Under the pieces are notes generated by a model. It had not been told where the DNA came from. It saw only the letters and a program-made list of their open reading frames with translations, and ran no database searches. A program made the translations under genes and the position numbers. 64,000 nucleotides of DNA from Setoptus koraiensis (taxonomy: Eukaryota > Animalia > Arthropoda), in assembly GCA_048013815.1 (NCBI GenBank), contig CM106585.1, positions 23,436,001 through 23,500,000 on the forward strand, read 5' to 3'. This document shows, piece by piece, positions 1 through 12,000 of the stretch (position 1 is its first letter; every line of letters starts with the position of its first letter).

Positions 1-16
1 TGAATGATTGACTCAC

Positions 17-71
17 CTTTGGAACATTTCATGTCGGATGTATTATCCTTATGGTCATGGTGTTGGTGCTG
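17..71 (-). CDS. gcm: gcm candidate exon 4 (gene continues beyond the window start)
   Basis: Acceptor ...cattaacag at 73-72, 55-nt open phase-0 exon (QHQHHDHKDNTSDMKCSK), strong donor AAG|GTGAGT at 16. Phase matches the donor at 263 that ends exon 3. Confidence 0.4.
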
Positions 72-263
72 CTGTTAATGATGGATGGATAGAATGAGTG
101 TTAGATTTAATTCTGGGGTGATTTTGATGGACATCATGTACAAAAATTTGTTGTACGTTACAATTACTTGTAGTATGATATCTACGTCTTTTCAATTCAA
201 ATTGCCTTGAAAAGTGAGAAGAAGAAACTATCTCAAAGTGTGAGACTCAAACTGTTGACTCAC

Positions 264-2839
264 CTTTGGCAGTAACGAGTGACAATCTTGACACTCCACA
301 TTGGATGCCGGACTTTGGTTGGTGTTGTTTCTATCAGGTGTATGATTGGTTGAGTGATAGGACTGCTTATTTGCTTCATTAGAGCCGCCACCACCACTAC
401 CTATAATGGTGTTAGTGAAATTCTGATGGTCATTCATATAAATGGTATCATCTCTATTGCAAGGGATTGCATCGGTTTTGTTGCTCAAATGATTGGCGTT
501 ATGTATAATAGTGCTAGTGGCAGTTGCATTGGTATCATCATTTGATAGGATAGACGGACTTTTCAAGTTAAATGTCCGACTTTTATCTTGACAAGAATCT
601 TTCGAATGGTCATAGGAAGAGGAGGTGGTTGAGGATGAGGTGGTACTGGTAGTGGCGTTGTTAATACCACTTCTAGCTGGACTGTTACAACTCGCTGAGG
701 ATGTTACTGAATGTTGACAATCATTTAGATTTTTATCGACAATATTATTTAAATTCGACGTTGGATCGGAAAGATGCGGGCAACCATTGTTGTTGTTGTT
801 GTTGCTGTTGTTGTTTCTGTCCGACATATTGTTGGCTGCCTGACCACTAGTCAACATAATGGGCTGTTGTTGTTGCTGCTGCTGGTGATCACCAAGACCA
901 ACACCGACATCTCCTAATGACTGGTTGAGCTCGTCGTGGTTGTAGCTCGTTATTGCTGGTAATTTGTAGCGATTGTTCGGATAAGAATAGTCGCTGTTGT
1001 TTGTTGTCGGTGCTATTGCATTGGTCGGTTGGTGTGCAGTGGCGTGAGCATTGTGACCCAAATCCCAATCGAAGCAATTCTTTGTTGTTTGATCTGGTGG
1101 ACTTTGATTGGTGACCAGATAAGAGCCATTGTCACTACTATTAAGTTGCGTAACAGCACCATTAGTATAATAATCTCTATAATGGCCACTAGTTGTTGTT
1201 GCTTGTTGAATTGCATTGCGGGTAGTGTCAATTGCGCTCAATTGGGTGTTTGTGACTGACTGCAAATGATGATGAATGTTATGATGATGATTGTATTGGT
1301 GATGATGATAGGAGGTCATAGGCACAATGTTTTGCTCAAAATTTGCATAACTGCCCTGGCTCAGTCTAGATCTCTCTATATCCGAACTGGCGTTATTATA
1401 GGTTGTTGGTGGTTGTAGTTGATCGTGTTGCAACGTCAACGACGGCATTGATGAAGACTGAGATTGATCAATCACCTTTGGGCATCTGTTGTTTGTAGCG
1501 GTGGGCGCACTCTTGTTGCTGCCATGAATTGCACCATTAGAGGACAATATAGGTAATTGTGTCCAATCGTAGTTATGCGACGATGTAGTAGCCGAATGAT
1601 GCAATTGTTCGTGTAAATAGCCATCCGCCTGTTGTTGTTGCTGTTTTAAATGATTCATATGTTGAAGATGATTATTATCGTAATTGGTCATTGTTGAGCC
1701 AACGTTGCTATGGCCAGTATAAGTGCCATTATCATGTCCAGTCAAATGACAGTTGGCGTTGGTAGTGAAGACGTTGTTACTGTCGCTAATTACACCATGA
1801 TTAACAGTCATTTGTTGTTTGTTGCCGTTTTGTTGTTGTCCTATATTGAGGCCAGTGTCAGTGCCATTACCATTACCACTGTCGCCATTAGTAGTGTTGT
1901 CAACAATAATTGTTGGCGCACAATTCAAATGATTGAAGGATACGTGACGATTGTTGTAATCGTTGTTTATATCGGTTGCTGTGACTAGCATTGCATCGGC
2001 ATTAGTATCAGTTAGTTTAGCGATTGCCAAATGGTCATCCTGGCCCGATGTTAATTGTCTCTGATTATTGTCCGTGCTAGCCACCGAAAAGTTACTGCAC
2101 GCTTGCTGAAGAATGGCCGCGGCCGCAGCGGCTGCCGCCGTGGCCGTTCTATTGGTGGTTGTTGCGTCGAAATGGTGACCATTGGAATTGAGAGATAGAT
2201 CAGTGGCCAGGCCATTTGAGTTCATTTGAGAACAATACTGTTGATCGTGCTGCTGCTGTTGTTGATGCTGCTGCTGGTGATGCTCGAACTTGTGATGATG
2301 ATGATCGGACGCTGAACGGTTGAAATGGTCAGTGGGCAAACTAACGTTGCTAGCGTTTGTGTTGCTGTCAAAGTGTTGAGAAGAAGCATGCTGCTGCTGA
2401 TGATGATGTGAGTTTGGATAAAATTGAATCGCTCCAGATTGCTGCTGATGATTATGGTCCATGTTGATTAGCAGTGGCTGTTGCTGCAAGTCACTATGCT
2501 GGTGCAACTGATATCCATTGTAAGCGGCAGCCAGCTGATGATTATGGTGGTGGTGGTGGTGGTGATAGAGGGGCTGATGATGCGGCATACCGGTGACATT
2601 GTTGGTGGTCATCGCGGCCACATCACTGTGTTGCTGCTGTTCGCCGTTTCTAATTGTATTTATTGGCAGCTCAAAATTAACAAGGTTGCTCTTGCTGTCA
2701 TTGTGATTATTGTTTGCTGTGTTACTGCTGTAACTGCCACCGAGATAATTATCTGTGTGGGCCGCTGATTGAACCTTGTGACAGACGCATCTTGTTGACA
2801 GACAATAATAACAAGCGCGACCGTCATTGACGCCAGTGT
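264..2839 (-). CDS. gcm: gcm exon 3, very long Q/H/N/T-rich low-complexity region
   Basis: Inside the 882-codon ORF 228..2876. Acceptor ...ccaaaatag at 2841-2840 is phase 1, matching exon 2. Donor AAG|GTGAGT at 263. Assignment to gcm rests on a consistent splice-phase chain, not on homology. Confidence 0.72.
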
Positions 2840-3325
2840 CTATTTTGGTAAATGTAAACAACAATTTAAAAATCAAATCAAGAGTTAGTTTTAATCGGTT
2901 TTAGTGGCGCTACCTGAATAGCAATTGGAGCTGGTGCAATGGTGGCCAGCGGCCAGTTGGCCTAACTACAATCTAATCGAATCAGCATGGATCAGTTGAT
3001 ATTATACACATAGTATAATACATGCATTTGTGTATACTGACTACTGTAAACTGACAGCGGGCCACACGAACAAACGAGGCACGCGTAACGAATCAATATT
3101 GCTTGACAGGCGCCAGATTATCGCCAGTTAATGCATGTGTGCCATTGTGTAGCTTGCAAACAAACAATGAGGCATCAGAATGAGATCAAAAGTCAATTAA
3201 AGTGTAAAGAGAACGCACACACAATCACTTTCGCCAAACTACCTGTATAAACAGCGACGCATGTTTGTTTATCCTTATATGCCTTATATACCTATCGCGG
3301 TGATTTTGACTTTCGTTCAGCTACT

Positions 3326-3401
3326 CAACTGACCATCGGATACAACTGACCATCGGATACAACTGACCGCTCGATACAACTGACCGCTCCACACAACTGA
3401 C
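3326..3401. repeat. 17-bp imperfect tandem repeat (~4.5 copies) in gcm intron 2
   Basis: Units CAACTGACCATCGGATA start at 3326, 3343, 3360, 3377 and 3394, with progressive substitutions. Confidence 0.9.
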
Positions 3402-3697
3402 GTTCGGGTCATCGAGCCACAAACCCTCAAAAGTCGACAGTGGGTATATTGAGGATAGATGAGGTATGCTGAGCTAATCGAGCCATAAGCACAACTGGGC
3501 ACACATGCGACCGAGAAATCAATCTAATCTAATTTCAGTTTCAATTGTATGCATGATGAGCACAACACCAGACAAACGTATTGGCATCGATCGGTATCTC
3601 TGTCAGTGGCGTCACCATCATTATCTATGTCAACATTGCGATTGTCTATAGCTGCCACATCTGATATAAATAGCCTGCTAATAAATAATGAGCTTAC

Positions 3698-3992
3698 CTG
3701 GCACGCTTTGATTGTGATGATGATGGTCCTTTTTAATTTCAAATCCGTTATCTAAATCGTGATGATAACTCAACTGTGTGTGGTTGCCATATTTCATTAT
3801 AGGTTGTTGCTGATGATGCAGATTGCTGCCATGTAGCAGTTTGTTTGTCCTTTTAAACGGGCCCCCATCGCTAGTTAATTTACTCAATTTGAATGCCGCC
3901 TGGGCAATTGTGCGCGTCGTCCGTCCAGTGCGAGAGCCCCAAGCGGCCCTCGCAAGGCCAGCCTTTGTTAGACGTGAGGAACATTTTGAAAT
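3698..3992 (-). CDS. gcm: gcm exon 2
   Basis: Acceptor tttgtgtcgtgtgcag at 3994-3993 (phase 0, matches exon 1), open frame ISKCSSRLTK...HNQSVP, donor CAG|GTAAGC at 3697 (phase 1, matches exon 3). Confidence 0.75.
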
Positions 3993-6471
3993 CTGCACAC
4001 GACACAAACAGGGAATAAGGGTAATGATAATCAACAGTTACTCATCGTGTCAGTCTCATGTTTGTCAGCCTCATTATAGATAAATAGATAGATTTATAGA
4101 TGGATAGATGGAGAGTCTCATTGAATTGGTTGCGGCAGTACGGAACGCAGTGACAACCAGTGAAGCCTATAATGTGACATCCGATGGAGATGCACAGTCC
4201 GAAAGAGACAGACGTCGAAAGGGCAGAGCAAAACGGCTCGTTCAGAAGCAACAAAAAAGGCCAGTTGCAATTGTGACAATTGTGACAAAAAACACCGGAC
4301 GAGCCGGGGCAGGTGCACAACAACAGCAACAAAAAGAGCAACAGAATTGACAAAAAAGTATCAGCCGGATTATCGGCGTAAACTCGCGTAAAACTCAATT
4401 GTAAATAGTCGCAACCTGCACTAAAATCGCAGCCAGACAATACAAATAACTCGTTCACGCTCCATTGAGCCTATATCTATATATAAACACGCAGTTGTCT
4501 GCAACAATGACTGCCAAAGATTTGTGCATGTATCGATTGTGTTGCGTCTGTTGTAAACTCTCTCAACATTTTGGGGACACGCTCGAATGTTGTTGTCGAT
4601 AACCACAGACAAACAGTCGTGAGCAAACAGATGCAAAGAGCAAACTAATGTGAAATTATGTAACGTTCAATTGTTCATTGATGGTTGTTTGTCTGACAAA
4701 TCGTTTGTCGGATCAACAGAATTAAATAGAAAATTGAGCCGCATTGAGCAGCAAAAACGATACGCCAGTGACAACAGAACAAAACAAAGCACATAAAGCA
4801 AAACAAAGCAAAACAAAAAACAGATCGCATCGCGTTACTCGGTCGGCGGTTTAATTTCGTTGTTTTTGGCAACTTGATTCTCTCTTCAAACGGCACTTGA
4901 TGCTGCTATTTTAAAGGAGAGCGATCGCGCGGAAAGCGCCTGCCAAAAGAGGTAAACAACAATTGTAACCATGTGATCTATTGGTAATGGATCGCACGCA
5001 ATTGATAATAAATCGATCAGACGAGCAATGGCAAACAATGCGCTCACCTTGTCTGGTGGCGCATGGCGCGTCATAATTGATTGAGACAAGTTGTTTGCTT
5101 TGCTGGCTGGCTGGCTAGCCGGCGATAGCGATTTGTGAATGTCGCCACACTGCTGACGCTACACGCTGTTTGTTTTGCTCGCTCACCCAATTCTGCTCGC
5201 TCGCCAGGTAACTGACGACTCAATCTGGTTCGTTCGCTGCAACATGTGATGGCACTGATTGTGCCGACAATTGTTGTGTATAGTTTGTTTTGTATAGAAG
5301 TGTAGCGAATCGTAAATAGACACTTTTCTATTTATGTGCCCACTGATACTCAATGCATCACGGCATGCCGCGGCATTGAGCGTAGTGTGGCATCATGTTA
5401 TAGAGCGGCGCCAGTTATGCAAATGGCATTGGTCGACAACGGCCAGGTATCAGGCACATTCTAAACTTAAAACACTATACAATTAATGAATAGAATTGCT
5501 TATTTGTATCACTCGCACTTGTACTTATATCAGTATAGTTGTAATGATGTATTATTGGCGCACTGGGCATGCACTTGTGCGGCCAATTGTTGTAGTGCTT
5601 GCTTGGCCAGCGTCAGCTCAACACTGGCACTGTCCATTCATTACATAATTACAGCAACAGCAACAACAGCGGCAACGGCAGCGGCAGCGGCCGGCAACAT
5701 GGCCTCTGGTCATTTTACTATTTCCATTGCCGCATGCCGATTGCGTGATGCTCATTTGAATCATTAGATCATTCACAGAGCGTTCGCATTGGCAGCTACT
5801 GGCTGGCTCTTTTGTCGGATTGTTTTCGCTAAGCGTCGGCCGACTTTTGCAGCAATCGGGCCAATCGGGCGAGCGCATTCCTGGCATCATTTGTTCTCAT
5901 TTATTTTCGCTTATTCTCGCCCATTCTCATTTATTCTCACACACTCACACTCGCACACACAAACAAACTTATCTCACTTGATCTGCATGCATTTGTTGAG
6001 CGTGAACGCGGCGAACGGACCAGTTTTGTGTGTCGGCCGGTGCGTCGGCCAGACTGCCGACCGGACCGGACCGGACCGGACCGGCCGATTGTGTTATGCA
6101 ATTTGTGTAATTGCTCTCTTTTGGTCGCACACAAGCACACAAGCACATAAGCACACGATGCGACCGTGTTGCGCAACAACGGCTCGATCGTCAGATCAGA
6201 GATGCTCATTGATAACCATGAATGGGCCATAACAAACAATTATTCGCTGCAGCTAATTTGCATACGCCGTTGTTATCGTGTCGCCGTCGTATCGCTAGCG
6301 CATCACTATAGGCCATCGTGAGCTAATCTATAACAATCTACGATAATTTGTAATAATCCATGATAATTTGTAACAATTTGCAATGGTCTGCAACAGTGAG
6401 CAATGTGCAGCAATTTGCAATAATGAATGATAACAACAATTATGAACGAGCCAAGATGTGGGAGTACGAAC

Positions 6472-6647
6472 CTTGTTGCCCGACGATGAGTGATGGGCCG
6501 GCTTCCTTGTTGCCGGCAGCGCGAGCTTGGCGTTGGCCTGACCGATGGGCGCCAGCTTGTTGTCGTTGGCTTGCTGCGCACACAAACTGTTGGCTTGACG
6601 GTGATCATTTGCATTGATTTGCGTTGTCGTCATGCCGTCCGCGCCGC

Positions 6648-6687
<40 letters not shown>

Positions 6688-6919
6688 GCTGTTGTAAACA
6701 ATGCTGTGATGATGATTAATATGATGACTGTTGTTGATGGTGATATTGGCCGTAACATGTATGGCCTGTTGCTGCTGACTGATGGCCAGCTGATTGGTAA
6801 CATCGTCCTGCACTGCTGACACTTTGCTCAGGGCTTGCGTCAGCTGTTTGTTGTTTATTGACGTCAATTGGTGATTGTTAAATGATGATGATTGATACTG
6901 ATTATGATGCTGGCTGCTT

Positions 6920-6954
<35 letters not shown>

Positions 6955-7926
6955 GCTGTTGATGCCACTCAATTGTTGCTGCTTTATGCTAGCCGTCACT
7001 AGCTGACCCGCCGAGCCCACGCCCAGTCCCTTGGCTAGCGCAAGTGCCCGTCGGGTTTCCGCTGACGACTTTGGCTCGGGTCGCGGGTGATCGTGCGAAC
7101 CCTTGGCCTGAAACAATATGGCGTCGTTTGTGTGACGCCAAAAATGAGTGACGGGATAACCGCAATGGCCCTTGCAGGGCAGTACCTCTAGTTTGCCGTC
7201 GCACCGTCTGTTTGGGCACTGTTTGCCCTGTTGTTTTCTGCGCGCCTTGTCGCAAATGGCCGGCCTCAAATGAACCCGTTGGCCCGTTTGTTCGTTTATG
7301 ACGCATCGCCGTGTGCACACCAGCACGCCCAGACAAGACTTTTTCAATATGTGAATATTGTGATTGTTTGTGTTGCGCATCGCCCAACCGGACGAGTGTC
7401 TGCGCGCCTCCTCGTTGTCGGTCTTGTAGACGCGCCTGCAGTGACCGTCGCTCCACTCGTTGAAATTGTCATATCTGCTCACTTTGGGTATGCTGTTGTC
7501 GTTGATGTCCCAACTGTTGTTACCTGTGTTACCTGTGTGTCTGTTCTCGTTCGTTTGCAGCACTTGATCAGCAACCTGTTGTTGCTGCTGTTGTTGTTGT
7601 TGTTGTTGTTGTTGCTGATGCTGTTGTTGTTGTTGTTGCTGCTGCTGTTGCTGGACCAATTGCACAGCCGATTGGGGGTCTAGTTGGTGTTGTCGTCGCT
7701 GTTGCTCGTTGTTGTGATACGAATGATATTGGTTGCTGTTGCCGGTTGTGGCCGGCGTCTGCAGTTCTGTCATGTCGATGTTTTCGTTGTTTGTAACGCT
7801 CGTTCCGTTGTATGCCATTGCCGAATATTGCATGTCGGCATCTTGCGCAATGTCGTCGCTCAATCTGTTTGCTGTGTCGAAATTTGTTGCTGGCGTGGCT
7901 GCAATGTGGCTCGAATGGGGCGACAT
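6472..7926 (-). CDS. gcm: Glial cells missing transcription factor, exon 1 containing the complete GCM DNA-binding domain
   Basis: ORF encodes WDIND...FNEWSDGH...[29 protein letters not shown]...[21 protein letters not shown]...[16 protein letters not shown]...[13 protein letters not shown] (~7070-7520), with all Zn-ligand Cys/His present. First in-frame ATG is 7926 (frame open to 8034; the track start is TTG). Donor AAG|GTTCGT at 6471. Confidence 0.95.
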
Positions 7927-8978
7927 GACGTCGATAATATTGTCTAATTTGCTATCTTGCTGATTGCCTTCACTGACCAGCCAATTGGCCAACTGTCGCA
8001 ACTGATCTGCTTGTGACCACTTGTCGTCGATTGTTTACAATTGCCACTATACTCTACGATGGCTCATCTGACACATACTCAAACTATATTCAAACTATGT
8101 TTGTCACTCGACACCAATCGCAACTATTCTCTATTTTAAACTGTCTTTGACCATGTGCAAAAGTCACACAAAGTCTATCGCTGGTCACTTGATGACGCTG
8201 ACCAATCCCGATTATACCTTCGTTTGAGACGGACACAAGCGGCCCAACTTCAACTGGCAACTTAACGGCTTTGCCACGCACGCATTTCTTTTCTGCGCAG
8301 TGCGCACAATCAACTGCCACTTGTGTGTAAGCTCCACCTCCTTGTGTTGCCGTTCCCCCTCATGCCGCCATTGGTTATGTTATATGCGTGCACTATAGTC
8401 ACTATAGGCCAGCGCAACTTTTCCTCTCCCCTTCCCTCAATTCAATACATACACTGTGCGCACTGTTCGTGCGCGCAGTGCACTCGCCACTGGCTCGCGA
8501 GCGGCAAGATGTGCCACTCACGGCTCACATTTCAGTCTGCTCAGCATTTCACAATGCTGATCTGATTGTGATTGTAAAAAGCTCAAATCGCTAGACACAA
8601 AGTAAATAAAAAATAAATCTCGCATCTAAACACTGATTTGTGTTTAAATATCCAATTAATTGGCTAGCAAATGCAAGCGTCCATTGGTGCCGATGGTTAC
8701 TTATGAAACTGATCATTGTAAAATTGCTTCATTGCGATAAAATGTTGGAGGTAGCGACGCTCGAGCGACACTCTCAACTTGAGAGTGCCAGCCTGAGAGT
8801 CTCAGCCCGAGAGTGTCAGCCCGAGAGTCTCGGGCCACAATAGTGGATTCATTGTGCACACCACGATAATGAGCGCATTAAATGCGGCACAGTCTGCGCA
8901 CAGATCGGGCCGGTTTGTGTTGCTAATGAGGATTAGTTGCAATGAGTCAAGGTCTGCCTCAACAACCCGCGCTCACCT

Positions 8979-9012
<34 letters not shown>

Positions 9013-12000
9013 CTGTTGTCGTTGTTTGTTCACTAGTGAGTTTGTGCAACCATGGCAACAATTTCGCAAGCAAGGGCGAGAGCAACATTGTTGGCATTGT
9101 TGCGCTGCAGACTGTTGTGGCTAGTGAGCAGCGAATCACACTTGTATCAATGCAAACTAAGATGGAACCACTTTGTTTGCCTGTTGCAATTGTCTAATTG
9201 ACAATTGCACAACAACATCCAACAACAACATCCAACAACAACATCCAACAACAAACAGCCCAACGCACCAAGTGACTCTGTGATGGCGTCACTCGCAAAT
9301 GCAGATACAGTGACTCTGATGGACAAATTCATTTGTCTTCGCCACTAACACTGACCAATGAAACACTGTCCGCTGGCACACTGGCCATGGCCAGCAACTG
9401 GCAACGAAACGACCAAAACAAGAGCCAACCTTACAACTGGCAACAGGTTGTGCTTGCATCCACTGACTGTGAGTGGCTGGCATCAGCGTCGCGGCTGCTG
9501 TCATGCAGCAGCTGATGAATGATTTACTGTCATAGTTGTTGCTGCATCCACTAATGTGATAATGCTGATGTAATGTCGCCAATGTCACCAAAACCAAACA
9601 ATGCCAAACAGTGCCAAACAATGCTAAACAATGCTAAACAATGTCAAACAATGTCAAACAATGTCGCCTATATGAGCACTCAGCAATATAGACTCCAGTA
9701 TAGACACTGGTGTGTGTGTGTGTGTTGTTGTGCCGGCTCACCAGGTAATTATTATTTATCCGGCAGCTTATTATTTAGTTGTGATCGCTCGCTGTTTTGG
9801 CCAATGGCCGTTTCCGAGAGTTTGCCTGCGAGTTGGCTGTTTCCACCCATCGCAAGTGCGTTGTCGAGTGGCGGCAAAAGTTGGAAGAAAGTTAATTGGA
9901 ACGATTAACTTTAGTTGCCAGACAACAACAGCAATCTTTGTCTTTGGCACCATCAGCGAGAGTGACCGTCCAACGAGAGCGCCCGTCCGACGAGATAGAC
10001 AGAAGGAGCAAAATGAATGATACAACCAACGCCAAGCCTGTGCGGATGATAGCAGCAGTGGTAGTGGCTGTTGCTGTTGTTGTTGTTGTTTTGTTGGCGC
10101 AACCCGCACCAATTGTTTGCCTCGGGATGATTTCTGGTTGAGCGATTCTTCTCGGCAATGGCACTACTATTGCGAGTCGGACTACATTGTGAGTTGGGCC
10201 ATTGTGAGTAAGAGATGAGCAGAGAATAACAAGACGATCGACGAGGAAGAAGAAGAAAAGGAATTGAATTGATTTATGCTGTCATTCTTGCATGTTGCAC
10301 GTCAATAATGCACATATTATATATTAGTAGCATATTCGTTTCTTCGATGGAGGTTCCCAGAAGGCACCAGAAGGCACCAGAAGGCACGTAACGCGCCTTA
10401 TTAGTTGGCTGGCCATATTAGTCGGCACCAACTTGCTAACTAACCAACTGACTGCAGCAACACTAACAAACACTGACGACCATTAGGCGCTGCTAATGAC
10501 CAACAATGATCATTGGAGATATTCATGCATACACTCAGGAGCAATGGGCAAAACAAAGTGAAATGATATCATTAAAAAGTATTTCGTTATGCAGCAACAG
10601 CAGCAGCAGCAACAAATATTATAATTATAGACTTGCCTGATAGATATAGAAAGGTCCGATTTATAGAAATGGCAACGTTGCTCTGTCGCTGTAAATGACC
10701 TGCGCCGTTTGCTCTAATTGCTGCTCAATGTCCAAATCACAATAAAAACAAAATTGATTAAGTGATTCTTGTTGCCGATCGATTGCAAGTTGAAGCAGCG
10801 CTGCACACTCATTTAGGCAGCATGATTGCAACGACCATTGCGATAATGGCACCATAATAGCACGGTAACAATCCGATAAAAGGTAATTTGATAAAAGCAC
10901 GATAATAGCACGTTGATGGCACCATAATAACGCTCTCTAACAATGAGAGCTGGACAAGAGGAACCATTGTCCAGTGGGGCTGTGTCTCTCACAAGCGTCA
11001 GTTGTGTCTGGCATGGTAGCGAGCAAAGTTGATCGATGGCACAAGTTGGACAAGTTTTTGTTTCAGCCAGTCTAAGCAGCACAACGATTGATTTACTTTT
11101 AATCAGCGTCATTAACAACATTTAAAACCTTAATTTAAGCCTCTTAATGATTATTAACGTCGTCCCAACAGCAACAGCAACAACAACAGCAACAGCAACA
11201 ACAACAGCAACAGCAACAACAACAGCAACAACGACAACAGCGCCAGTCCCGGCGCACTGCACAAAATGACTGATGATTGGCCGGTGCCGGCTCATTCCCG
11301 GGTCCGGTTGATTGTCGGCACGCCTACCTACAAGTTGCAACTGTTGTTGTCGATGTTGTTGTTGCCGTTGTTGTTGTTGCCGTTGTTGTTGTTGGCGTTG
11401 CTGCAAAAGTTGCTGTGATTACTGCAGACAAAGACAGATTACAGCAGCAGCAACAGCAACAGCAACAACAGTTACAAGCGGCCTAGACTCATTGTAAAGT
11501 CTCGTACTCATACACTAACAACAAATTAGCAACAGTGCGCACTGCTGCTATCGATCTTGTTGTGTTACCTGGCGATATCAATCACACACTTACAAACACA
11601 AATGCCAGACATTCATTTCGACATGCCAGAGATATGCGCTGGGCGGAGAAGCCCATTTGCAACTGCAACTGCAACTACAACTCCAACGACGACACTGCAA
11701 TTGGTCAACAATGCAGCATCGTTTGAATTAATGGACAGTGCACATTGTAACGGTTTGCTGTGGCACTCGCATCATGTGCAGTCACATCAATTACAACACA
11801 CTAGATATGGCACGCTGATCATCACTTTGCAGTTTCCAGTTGCCAGTTGCCAGTTTCCAGTCTCCAATTTCCAGTCTCCAGTTGCCAATTTGCAGTTTCG
11901 TTTCTTCATTGCGAGTGTTGCACTTGAACAAATTATTACAAATTATCACTCGCTTGTTAGATGAGATATTTCGTGCATATTTCGCGCATATTTCGTTGCA

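Noticed and set aside
228-263. Stop at 228-230 as the end of the 882-aa ORF, and that ORF as an independent gene
   Set aside because: The ORF has a TTG track start preceded by a clean acceptor whose phase matches gcm exon 2, and a consensus donor lies 11 codons before the stop. It is better explained as an internal gcm exon.
4108-4350. 80-aa plus-strand ORF with a basic NLS-like stretch inside gcm intron 1
   Set aside because: Short, partly CAA-repeat derived, with no splice or promoter support and no recognised homology.
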